Both the position numbers and the translations under genes were made by a program. A stretch of 63,656 nt of DNA, the filler included. It is 7 parts of 7 records of this genome, joined end to end, with 100 filler letters (N's around TTAATTAATTAA, not from the genome) between each part and the next. Parts side by side here need not be neighbours in the genome. Positions count along the whole stretch, not along the records: positions 37,940 to 48,507 come from SRR31147125_5506; 6 more parts are not named here. One strand, 5' to 3'. Position 1 is the stretch's first letter; each line of letters opens with the position of its first letter. This document shows positions 38,069 through 47,397 of the stretch, piece after piece. The notes beneath the pieces are model-generated. The model was not told the origin of the DNA and did no database searches. It saw only the letters and a program-made list of their open reading frames with translations.

Positions 38069-40561
38069 TCACACCTTGATCCCCCATATTTCATTGGAGT
38101 ACTGGCTGATGGTCCGATCGGTGGAGAATTTCCCCATCCGTGCAACGTTGAGAATCGCCATGCGCGTCCAGGTATTCACATCGAGGAAGGTCTTGTTGAC
38201 CTGCTCCTGGCACTTGAGATAGGACTCGAGGTCCCTGATCAGCAGGTACTGGTCGTTCGGACTCATCAGGGAATCCACCAGCGGACGGAACAGTTCCTGA
38301 TCTCCACCGCCGAATGTGCCGTCGGAGAGCGAGGCCATGATCTGTGCGACGTCTTCATTCTCCTCGCAGATGCGGGTCGGGGTTCGGCTGTTGTGAATGC
38401 GCTCGAACTCCGCCTCTTCAGCCTCGAGGCCGAAGATGAAGATGTTGTCGTCGCCGACCTCTTCCTTGATTTCGATATTGGCGCCGTCCAGCGTGCCGAT
38501 GGTCAGAGCACCGTTGAGCGCGAATTTCATATTACCGGTGCCGGACGCCTCCGTTCCTGCAGTGGAGATCTGTTCGGACAGATCGGCCGCCGGGATGATG
38601 ATCTCGGCCTGGCTGACGTTGTAGTTGGGCAGGAAGACGACCTTGAGCCGGTCACCAATCCGCGGGTCATTGTTGACGACCTCACCGATCGCGGTGATCA
38701 ATTTGATAATCAGCTTGGCCCGCCAGTAGGATGGTGCGGCCTTGCCGGCAAAGAGGACCGTTCGGGGAGCAAGCTCCGTATCCCGACCGGTCACCAGCCT
38801 CTGGTAGAGATGGATGACATGCAGCGCGTTGAGCAGCTGCCGTTTATACTCGTGAATCCGCTTGACCTGGACGTCGAACATCGTCTCCGGGCTCACCAGG
38901 ATCCCCGTACTCACCCCGGCATAGTCGGCCAACCTATTCTTATTGTTGAGCTTTATCTCGCGGAATCGCTGCTGAAAATCTCCGTCATCCGCATATTGTT
39001 CCAGCTCTCTCAGCCGGTCCAGGTCAATCTCCCAGCCTTCACCGATCTTGTCATTGATCAACTCCGCCAGTTCGGGGTTGGCCTTGAGCAGCCAGCGTCT
39101 CGGGGTTATGCCGTTGGTCTTGGCATTGATCCGGTCCGGGTAGAACTGGTGAAAGTCCTTGAACACGCGATCCTTCAGGAGCTGCGTGTGCAGTTCCGCA
39201 ACGCCGTTGACGGAATGCGAGCCGACGATGGCCAGAAAGGCCATACGGATCTTTTTCGGGTACCCCTCCTCGATGATGGACATGTTGCGCAGCTTTTCCA
39301 TATCCCCCGGGTATTCCTCGGCCACCTCGTCGAGAAAACGCTGGTTGATCTCGTAGATAATCTGCAGATGCCTTGGAAGAACTTTTTCTATCATGTCGAC
39401 CGTCCAGCGCTCCAGCGCCTCGGGCATGAGGGTATGGTTGGTATAGGCAAAAGTCCGGGTACAGATATCCCACGCCTTCTCCCAGCCCAGCCCTTCGAGG
39501 TCGAGCAATATCCGCATCAGCTCCGGTATTGCGATAGCCGGATGGGTATCGTTGAGCTGCACGGCAACACGGTCGGGAAACTTGTCAAAGGTCTTGTTCT
39601 TTTTCTTGTAGCGCCGGAGGATGTCCTGGAAGGTCGCCGCGACAAAGAAGTACTGCTGGCGCAGCCGCAGTTCCTGGCCCGCGTAGTTGTGGTCCGGCGG
39701 ATAGAGGACCTTGGATATCGTCTCCGAGCTTACCTTCTGCTGGACCGCCCCGATATAGTCGCCTTCACCGAAGTGTGTCAAATCCAGCTCTCTCGACGCA
39801 CGCGCCGTCCACAAACGCATGTTGATCACGTGATCGTTCTTGTATCCGGGCACCATAATGTCGCACGGCATCGCCATCACATCCTGGGTGTCGATCCATT
39901 TCGAGCGGTAGCACCCCTCGGAGTCCTGATACGTGGTCACCTTACCGTAGAACTGGATGTTGAATACCGGCAGCCTGCGCTCGAATTCCCACGGGGTTCC
40001 ATAGCGCAGCCAGTTGTCGGGGCTCTCGACCTGGTAACCGTTGATCAACTGCTGGTTGAACAGGCCGTATTCATAACGAATACCGTATCCGTACGCGGGA
40101 ATTTTGAGGGTGGCGATGGAGTCCATAAAACAAGCGGCGAGCCTGCCAAGTCCGCCGTTTCCAAGTGCCGCATCCTCCTCCTGTTCGCGAATTTCCTCCA
40201 TGGAGTAGCCAAGACTCTCCACCGCCTCCCGGGCCTCATCGAACAGGCCCAGGTTGATCATCGAGTTACCCAGGGAACGCCCGATCAAAAATTCAAGCGA
40301 CAGATAATAAACCCGCTTCTTCTCCTTCGCATAGAAGGTCTTCTGTGTCTTGATCCACTTTTCGACCATGATGTCGCGCACCGTAAAAGCCAGCGCTTTG
40401 TATATATCTCCGGCCCCGGACCGTTCCGGGTCCCGTCCCTGGAAGCTCATCAGGTGATCGATGATGCTGTCTCTGATCGACTCAACCGTCGCCGGGAAGT
40501 GAGCGGAGGTGCCGCCCTTGGGTGTCGCGTCCGTCAGTATATCGGGTGTTGGTCTGCTCAT
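38069..40561 (-). CDS. glgP: Glycogen/starch phosphorylase (GT35)
   Basis: LGNGGLGRLAACF, QLNDTHP, KRIHEYKRQ and EASGTGNMKFALNG (PLP Lys). Start set at MSRPTP after GGAGGA. Confidence 0.97.
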   Translation of the reverse strand: MSRPTPDILTDATPKGGTSAHFPATVESIRDSIIDHLMSFQGRDPERSGAGDIYKALAFTVRDIMVEKWIKTQKTFYAKEKKRVYYLSLEFLIGRSLGNSMINLGLFDEAREAVESLGYSMEEIREQEEDAALGNGGLGRLAACFMDSIATLKIPAYGYGIRYEYGLFNQQLINGYQVESPDNWLRYGTPWEFERRLPVFNIQFYGKVTTYQDSEGCYRSKWIDTQDVMAMPCDIMVPGYKNDHVINMRLWTARASRELDLTHFGEGDYIGAVQQKVSSETISKVLYPPDHNYAGQELRLRQQYFFVAATFQDILRRYKKKNKTFDKFPDRVAVQLNDTHPAIAIPELMRILLDLEGLGWEKAWDICTRTFAYTNHTLMPEALERWTVDMIEKVLPRHLQIIYEINQRFLDEVAEEYPGDMEKLRNMSIIEEGYPKKIRMAFLAIVGSHSVNGVAELHTQLLKDRVFKDFHQFYPDRINAKTNGITPRRWLLKANPELAELINDKIGEGWEIDLDRLRELEQYADDGDFQQRFREIKLNNKNRLADYAGVSTGILVSPETMFDVQVKRIHEYKRQLLNALHVIHLYQRLVTGRDTELAPRTVLFAGKAAPSYWRAKLIIKLITAIGEVVNNDPRIGDRLKVVFLPNYNVSQAEIIIPAADLSEQISTAGTEASGTGNMKFALNGALTIGTLDGANIEIKEEVGDDNIFIFGLEAEEAEFERIHNSRTPTRICEENEDVAQIMASLSDGTFGGGDQELFRPLVDSLMSPNDQYLLIRDLESYLKCQEQVNKTFLDVNTWTRMAILNVARMGKFSTDRTISQYSNEIWGIKV

Positions 40562-40871
40562 GGATTCCTCCAAATCTATCGTTGAACGGATGGCAAAGCC
40601 TGTTCTCGGCGGTGCAGATACCAAACCTGCCCTGATCCTTTTAAAATAGTAGTATATGTCCTGACATGGAAAAAACGAATCTTCTCACCATGAGGTTACG
40701 GTAACGCATCAGGCGGGCATTGCCAGTGATAAAAACCGGGTGGTGGCAATGAGGGAAATCGATGCACCACCCGGGGAGTCACCGGCAACGGATCAGGCAC
40801 ACAGCGCCGCAGCCGGATCGCGATTAGTTGAATGGCCGGACTCCGGCGTTGCGATGATTTTGTGGACCGAT

Positions 40872-41303
40872 CTAGAGATACAGTGCAGGATTCCGGTATT
40901 GCCCCTTCATCCGGGCATTCTGTTCGAGCATCTCCTGCCCTTCGATGCTGTATAGCGCCGCCGGGTGAGCCTGCAGCCTCCTGACCCCGATTTCCTCTCC
41001 GGTCAACTCGCAATACCCATATTCGCCCGTATTGATCCTGGTCAACGCCCTGTCGATCAGCATCAGTGTGTGCCGGGTTCGCTCCATATCTTTCACATCC
41101 ACCGCCAGCCCGGTGTTGTGCGCGGCCACGTCGAACATGTCCGGGGCCTTGACCCAGGTCTGCTTGAGCCCGTCCCGGGCAGCCATCGATGCGGAAAGCA
41201 TCTCCTTCTTCCACTGCTCCAACTTCTTCTCGAAATAGTTCAACTGACGTTCACTCATGTACTCTTCATCATCTGACGGGCGGTATGGTTCGTGATTGTG
41301 CAT
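40872..41303 (-). CDS. dksA: DksA/TraR-family RNAP-binding protein, single-Cys (Zn-free) type
   Basis: EEYMSERQL.YF, coiled-coil tip PDMFDVA (DxxDxA), YGYCELTGEEIG.RRL.A.P.A.YSIEGQ. Confidence 0.85.
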   Translation of the reverse strand: MHNHEPYRPSDDEEYMSERQLNYFEKKLEQWKKEMLSASMAARDGLKQTWVKAPDMFDVAAHNTGLAVDVKDMERTRHTLMLIDRALTRINTGEYGYCELTGEEIGVRRLQAHPAALYSIEGQEMLEQNARMKGQYRNPALYL

Positions 41304-41728
41304 GGTCATCACCTCATGGTTGAGTTCGGGGATACTGAAACCCTGCGGGCTGAAACGTCCTCCAAAGATCCGGCCTCACCACGAAACGATGAAACAACGA
41401 GTACCGGTTTCAGCAGAGCGACGGTTTTCCTCATCATCATGAAGTACCAATCAACAGTTAGAACTGTATTTGGTTTTAGTAATAAATGAGTGTGGTATAT
41501 CAGGCATATATGCGTAACGGACACCCCTCAAAACTCAGCATGAATCAGAGCGACAGATTGACGTTTTTCATGTAGCCCGGCGATAGGCATGCCCGGAAAG
41601 AGAGCCCACCGTCATAATTGCCCTGTACTCCTGGTCTGAAAGGATTACACTCGCAATCAGCACATGCTTCAGCTATCCTGACGTGTATATTGAGTGCTTC
41701 TAAACAAACTACGCAAAAAGGATAGAGA

Positions 41729-42770
41729 ATGGAACGCCGTCTGACTGTAATATTGGCTGCTGACGTTGTTGGTTATAGCGCATTGATGGAGGCTGACGAG
41801 GATTCTACAGTCAGGATATTGAGCGATAAAAAACAGATGATTGCTGAATCCGTTCAATCTCACAATGGCAGAGAGTTTGGCACCGCCGGAGATAGCATCA
41901 TGGTAGAGTTTACCCGCCCTACCGAAGCTGTCAGTTGTGCCATTGAAATTCAAAAGAAAATTTATGCAGCAAACGTCCCATTACCTCCCTCACGGCGGAT
42001 GTTCTTCCGTATTGGAATTAACCTGGGGGATGTCATCGTCGATGGAGGGAATCTCTTCGGTGATGGTGTAAATATAGCTGCGAGGCTGGAGTCCGACGCC
42101 GACCCCGGCGGCATCAACATATCCTCATCCGTCTACAGACAGGTTGAAACAAAGTTCAATACAGAGTTCACCGATAGCGGCGATCACTTTTTCAAAAACA
42201 TTTCTAGAGCCATCCGGGTTTTCAAGTGGCTGCACAATCAGGCAGTTTCTTCTACTGAGGAAAAGCAACCAGCAAAAAGTTTTGTTTCCCCCAAACCTTC
42301 TGTTGCCGTATTGCCGCTCGATATCTTGACGAATCAGACAAGGAGATAATCAGTGACACACTTGAGCCAGGAATAACTCATCTGTTCATACAGGCAATTG
42401 CGGAATCCATCGATACTCCCATTGCGAGTCCCATCACCAATCGGTCTAAGCAGGCGCTGAAAGCGATAGAGCAGAGTCTGACATCTGCTCTCGCTCCTCC
42501 GACCAAGGTACGGGAACTTTGTAAAATAACAGCAGTGAGTGAGCGCACCCTGCAAAACCTCTTCATGTGGAAATATGGTATTACGCCAATGGCCTATCTC
42601 AGGCAAGCGAGACTCAATGATGTTCGAAAGACACTGTTTCGAGCCCCCCTGACACAGCAAAAGTCTCTGATATCGACAACGAGAAGGGGTTCTGGCATAT
42701 GGGACAATTTGCGAAAGACTACCGCAATATCTTCGGTGAACTCCCTTCGGAAACGCTGCGCAGAACCTGA
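41729..42770 (+). CDS. Class III nucleotide cyclase fused to an AraC (EutR-like) HTH (reconstructed across 2 frameshifts)
   Basis: AADVVGYS, AGDS, FRIGINLGD, GDGVNIAARLE; then VSERTLQ..F...GITP..YLR..RL and GFWHMGQFAKDYRNIFGELPSETL. Shifts near 42332 and at C6 42644-49. Confidence 0.68.
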
Positions 42771-42818
42771 CATAAAAAGGCTGGAAGGTGATGTGTACCC
42801 TCTCTCATTCTCTCATTT

Positions 42819-42850
42819 GGGGAAGGCATATGAGATATAGAGCCTTCCCC
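42819..42850 (+). terminator. Probable intrinsic terminator
   Basis: GGGGAAGGC...GCCTTCCCC followed by TGTTCT. Confidence 0.55.
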
Positions 42851-42963
42851 TGTTCTCCTTGACAATCAGGCCGTAGCTACTCGTGAAATAGTGGGATTAG
42901 AACCGTATTCGGGTTTGATAGTGAAGGGAACCTTGAATAGATATGTCCGAGAAGAAAAAATCA

Positions 42964-42994
42964 TTGACCTGACTACGGGTTCACCGTTTACAGT
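42964..42994 (+). promoter_or_regulatory. MerR-type promoter with a 19-bp spacer
   Basis: TTGACC-19 bp-TACAGT, with an imperfect TGA...TCA dyad running from the -35 into the spacer. Upstream of SRPBCC-merR. Confidence 0.55.
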
Positions 42995-43058
42995 ACCCTC
43001 CGGGATAAGGCTCACTAGCGAGTGCATAAGCGCACATAAAACTCAGCGGGGAACTAAC

Positions 43059-43534
43059 ATGTCAGGAAAAAGAATCGTGCGGACATACAGAACGGGATTG
43101 CCGTCCCCCCGGAAACGGTATATCCTCTCCTCTGTCCGGTCAGGGAATATGACTGGATTCCGCACTGGAAATGCACCATTGTCTATTCGCAATCCGGTTT
43201 CGCGGAGCTGGGCTGCGTGTTCACCACGGATTTCAATGATCATGCCGGGCCGGAAACCTGGGTCGTCTGCGCGTACGAAAAGAACCGGCTGATCGGTTTC
43301 GTCAAGACGGGGCAGCACGCCACGACCCGTTACAACGTCGGCCTGCAACCTGAACGAAACGGGTCGGTCATCACTTGGACACAGGAGATCACGAGCCTGG
43401 ACAAAAAAGGCGATCTACTGCTCGCTCAAACAACCGAGACCGCCTACGGGGATAAGATGAATTACGTCAACGAGCTGCTTGCGCATTACCTGCGACATGA
43501 AGAACCACTAAGCGATCATGCTGACTGTCGGTAG
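43059..43534 (+). CDS. SRPBCC/polyketide-cyclase-like protein (1 homopolymer frameshift)
   Basis: Adding one C at C6 43105-10 gives MSGKRIVRTY...PPETVYPLLCPVREYDWIPHW...AELGCVFTT...W. Confidence 0.7.
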
Positions 43535-44036
43535 GCTCGCCCGGGAATTCGGGTTATCACGCTCAGCACTTCTGTATTACGACAGGATCGGCCTGCTCTC
43601 ACCCCGCCGTCACCAGAAAGGCGAATACCGGATATACGGGGAGGAAGAACAGAGGCGGCTGCAATTGATCTGCCTCTACCGGAAATCGGGTATTTCCCTC
43701 GCGGAGATCAAACAGATCCTCGATCGTGAAGAGACGGATGCGAGCGCAACCCTGGTGGCCCGTTTCAAACAGCTGGACCGAGATATCAACGAGTTGCGGG
43801 AACAGCAGGAGGTCATCGCCACCATGCTCCAGAACCCTTCCCTGCTTGCATCATCAAGACCGATGACGAAGGAATTGTGGACACGCATACTGAAGGCGTC
43901 CGGTCTGTCTGAGGCCATGATGCGCGCATGGCATATCCACTTTGAAAGGACCGCCCCGGATGAACATCTCGCCTTTCTCCGCTTTCTGCAGATTCCTGAC
44001 ACCGAAATCGCCGTCATCAGGGGCTGGGCTGATTGA
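43518..44036 (+). CDS. MerR-family regulator
   Basis: LTVGRLAREFGLSRSALLYYDRIGLL..YRIY, GISLAEIK; C-domain W..IL..SG..WH..FE..AP..H..FL. Confidence 0.93.
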   Translation: MLTVGRLAREFGLSRSALLYYDRIGLLSPRRHQKGEYRIYGEEEQRRLQLICLYRKSGISLAEIKQILDREETDASATLVARFKQLDRDINELREQQEVIATMLQNPSLLASSRPMTKELWTRILKASGLSEAMMRAWHIHFERTAPDEHLAFLRFLQIPDTEIAVIRGWAD

Positions 44037-44098
44037 TGGAATCGAAAAAATCGTTGTCAGGACAAGGATTATAATAACATGAGACAATCGAAGAACCG

Positions 44099-45007
44099 AT
44101 GAGAAAAATCGCGTTTGGTTACTCAACCAGCTGCACCATCCGCTGCTCCCACTGCGTAGCAGCCGGCGAGAAACCGATAACCAGCAAGATGGAGCTTCTT
44201 AAAGCCAAAGATGTTATCCGCGGATTGATCAGCGCAGAAGTAAAGGGCATCAGTTTCACTGCGGGTGAGCCCTTTCTCTACCTCGACGATGTCGCGGAAC
44301 TGGTAAAGATCTGTTCTGAAAACGGTGTCTATACCCGCGTGGTAACCAACAGTTATTGGGCCGGCACACCTGAGCAGGCCCGGGAACGTCTGCACCTGCT
44401 CGCTCAGAGCGGCATCTCCCAGCTCCGCCTGAGTTTCAGCAGGTGGCACCAGGAGCACGTACCGAAGCAGAACGTGCTGAACGCGATGCGCGCCTGCGCG
44501 GAGACGAACGTTGACGCATTTGTCTCCTTCGTTACGGATTTCTCTGATCAGGACGATCCTTATGAGCAGTATCTGCGGGACAACGGTCTCAAGTTTTTCC
44601 CGGAGCCGGTGATCTATGCGGGACGGGCCGAAGGCTTTAACCAGCGGCCGCTTTTCACCGATTTCCAGGAGAACCGCTGCCAGATGAACCCGTATCTCGC
44701 TCCCGATCTGACCATGTATGGGTGCTGTGATGCCGGCAGCCATTTCAGCGCAACGAACTTCTTTCGACTTGGCAGCCTTAACGAAAGTTCAGCGGACCAA
44801 TTGCTGAGAAAATGCGAAACCGACATCCTCTACAACTGTATCCGCACAATGGGCGTCAGCACGATAGCCTCATATGCCGGCATGCACTCGAGAGACATAG
44901 TAACCTACCGGAAATGCAGCTTATGTAAGAAATTATTCAACAACCCTGAAACGCTGGCTGCGTTGCGCGAGGCTGCCGGGGGAGACCTGCTCCAGTGGCA
45001 CAGATAG
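44099..45007 (+). CDS. Radical SAM protein, EpeE/YydG-like
   Basis: CTIRCSHC, ISFTAGEP, TNSYWA, SFSRWH, GRA, and a C-terminal C...YGCC...CSLC auxiliary-cluster pattern. Confidence 0.8.
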   Translation: MRKIAFGYSTSCTIRCSHCVAAGEKPITSKMELLKAKDVIRGLISAEVKGISFTAGEPFLYLDDVAELVKICSENGVYTRVVTNSYWAGTPEQARERLHLLAQSGISQLRLSFSRWHQEHVPKQNVLNAMRACAETNVDAFVSFVTDFSDQDDPYEQYLRDNGLKFFPEPVIYAGRAEGFNQRPLFTDFQENRCQMNPYLAPDLTMYGCCDAGSHFSATNFFRLGSLNESSADQLLRKCETDILYNCIRTMGVSTIASYAGMHSRDIVTYRKCSLCKKLFNNPETLAALREAAGGDLLQWHR

Positions 45008-45034
45008 GGCGGCTGCTCCTGCCGGCTTTACAGC

Positions 45035-47152
45035 TCAGACGTCTCGCAACGACAGTGAAATCCGCCCGCGCTTCTCATCGGCCTCAATAACTCGAACCAT
45101 TACCTGTTGGCGTACCTTCACAACCTCAGCAGGATCCTTGACAAATCGATCCGCCAGCTGACTGATATGGATAAGACCGTCCTGGTGAACCCCGATATCG
45201 ACAAAGGCCCCGAACTTCGTCACATTGGTGACGATTCCCGGCAGTCGCATCTCAGGCAGTAAATCACTGATGGAGTGAACCCCGTCAGCGAAGGCGAAAA
45301 CGCTGAATTGCTGCCGGGGATCGCGACCGGGCTTGGCGAGTTCCGCCATGATATCCTTCAGCGTGGGCAGACCCAGGGTATCGCTCACATAGGCCCTGAT
45401 ATCTACCTTGCTCCGGACATCTTCCCGGGCCATGAGATCGGCCACCGTGCAGCGGACATCTGCGGCCATCTTCTTCACCGTGGCATAGCGCTCCGGATGG
45501 ACGCCCGATGCATCCAGAGAATTTTCCGCATCATGAATACGCAGAAAACCGGCGCACTGCTCAAACGCCTTGGCCCCGAGGCGGGGAACCTTCATGAACT
45601 CCTTGCGGCTCGTATACGGACCGTTGTCATCTCTATACTGGATGATGGAGGCGGCAAGAGACGGGCCCAGTCCGGAGACATGGGTGAGCAGTTCAAGGGA
45701 TGCGCTGTTCACCTCCACGCCGACTGAATTCACACAGCTGACAACCACATCCTCCAGGCTCTTTTTCAGCTCTGATTGGTTCACGTCATGCTGATACTGG
45801 CCCACTCCAATGGACTTCGGGTCCAGTTTTACCAGTTCGGCGAGCGGGTCCTGCAAGCGCCTCCCGATGGAGATGGCCCCGCGAACGGTGATGTCATGGT
45901 CCGGAAACTCCCGACGGGCGACCTCGGAAGCGGAGTAGATGGACGCCCCGTCTTCATTGACCAGGGTCACGATGACCTCGGACCCCAGGTTGAGATCGCG
46001 GATAAACGATTCCGTTTCTCTACCGGCAGTGCCGTTGCCGATGCCGATCGCCTCTATGGTGTATTTCCTGCACAGATCAGTGACAATCCTCGCCGCATCA
46101 TCTTTTTTTCCGCCGGCGACCGGGTAGATCGTCGTTGAATAGAGGAGTGCTCCCTGTTCATCGAGACATACCAGCTTGGCCCCCGTTCGAAAACCGGGGT
46201 CCAGGGCCATGATACGCTTTTGTCCCAGTGGCGCAGCAAGCAGCAACTCTCTCAGATTGTCAGCAAAAACGCCGATCGCTTCCCGGTCCGCCCGTTCTTT
46301 GAGGTTGTTCCGCAGCTCGTTTTCCAGAGAAGGGCCGAGGAGCCGTTTGTAACTGTCATGCAAAGCCAGTTCGACCTGTTTCCTCTCTCCTTTTTTGACA
46401 AACTGCCTCTTCAACAGAGGAAGGGCCAGGTCATCAGGCGGTTTTACCGACAGAGTAAGAACCTTCTCCTGTTCGCCGCGAAACATGGCTAACAGGCGAT
46501 GTCCCGGTGCTTTTTTCACTTCTTCCCGCCAGTCGAAATAATCGCGGAACTTCCCCCCGTTGTCCTTGTTCTTTTTTACGACCCTGGAGACAATTACGGC
46601 CTTGTCTGCATAGAGCCTGCGCAGAATTTCCCGAATCTCCTGATTCTCATTAGCCCACTCAGCGATGATATCCCTGGCACCAGCACAGGCCTCATCGACC
46701 GACCCGACTCCCTTTACACCGTTGACATACGCAGACACATCAACATTGTGGGTGTTTTGTCTGAAAAAGGCCCGGGCCAGTGGCTCCAACCCCTTTTCAC
46801 AGGCAATCATGGCCCGTGTTCTTCTTTTGGGTTTATAGGGAAGGTAGATATCCTCCAGACTCGTCAGACTGTCCGCCCCGGAGAGGCGTGCCTGCAACTC
46901 ATCACTCAATAAGTCCCGCTTGACAAGCGACTCAATGATACTGCGCCGCCTCTTGTCCAGCTCGGCCAGTCCGGCAAGACGATCCCGTATAGCGCTGACC
47001 TGCACCTCATCAAGAGAACCGGTGGCCTCTTTTCTATACCTGGAAATAAAGGGTACGGTAGCCCCGTCAGCAAGCAGATCAACGGTGGCGGCAACCTGGA
47101 AAGCAGGGATCTGAAGTTCCTGTGCAATAAGCGTCTGGTGTTGTTGATTCAT
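45035..47152 (-). CDS. tex: Tex/YhgF RNA-binding transcriptional accessory protein
   Basis: GATVPFISRYRKEATG, DPGFRTGAK, GNGTAGRET, SIGVGQYQHDV, C-terminal S1 domain. Confidence 0.96.
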   Translation of the reverse strand: MNQQHQTLIAQELQIPAFQVAATVDLLADGATVPFISRYRKEATGSLDEVQVSAIRDRLAGLAELDKRRRSIIESLVKRDLLSDELQARLSGADSLTSLEDIYLPYKPKRRTRAMIACEKGLEPLARAFFRQNTHNVDVSAYVNGVKGVGSVDEACAGARDIIAEWANENQEIREILRRLYADKAVIVSRVVKKNKDNGGKFRDYFDWREEVKKAPGHRLLAMFRGEQEKVLTLSVKPPDDLALPLLKRQFVKKGERKQVELALHDSYKRLLGPSLENELRNNLKERADREAIGVFADNLRELLLAAPLGQKRIMALDPGFRTGAKLVCLDEQGALLYSTTIYPVAGGKKDDAARIVTDLCRKYTIEAIGIGNGTAGRETESFIRDLNLGSEVIVTLVNEDGASIYSASEVARREFPDHDITVRGAISIGRRLQDPLAELVKLDPKSIGVGQYQHDVNQSELKKSLEDVVVSCVNSVGVEVNSASLELLTHVSGLGPSLAASIIQYRDDNGPYTSRKEFMKVPRLGAKAFEQCAGFLRIHDAENSLDASGVHPERYATVKKMAADVRCTVADLMAREDVRSKVDIRAYVSDTLGLPTLKDIMAELAKPGRDPRQQFSVFAFADGVHSISDLLPEMRLPGIVTNVTKFGAFVDIGVHQDGLIHISQLADRFVKDPAEVVKVRQQVMVRVIEADEKRGRISLSLRDV

Positions 47153-47397
47153 GTGCAGTCAATACCTGTCGGTACGTATGGATGATAAGGCTCGTTTCCA
47201 ATGGAGCCTTGAGAAGAGGCCACCACATTACAACGCTGTCGGACGATTGGCAATCTCAACCGGTACCGGCAGCCCCCCTCTTCAGGCGTTCGGGCACCTG
47301 AGCTCCCCATTATTGGCTGGTATTCTCAGGCTTATCAGTCTATTTTCAAGGCAATATTTCACACCACACATTCTTCGACCCATACCCGGAGCCTGAA

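Noticed and set aside
38393-40585. 730-aa antisense ORF over glgP (likewise 30773-32395, 26313-27512, 10921-11880, 36581-37447)
   Set aside because: Shadow frames of GC-rich genes, with no recognisable motifs.
41400-41445. Hammerhead ribozyme (TGATGA...GAAAC) in the dksA leader
   Set aside because: The core lacks the C of CUGAUGA and a properly closed stem II.
42791-42862. 23-aa ORF (MCTLSHSLIWGRHMRYRAFPCSP) as a RiPP precursor for the radical SAM
   Set aside because: It coincides with a terminator hairpin, has poor RBS spacing and shows no leader/core pattern.
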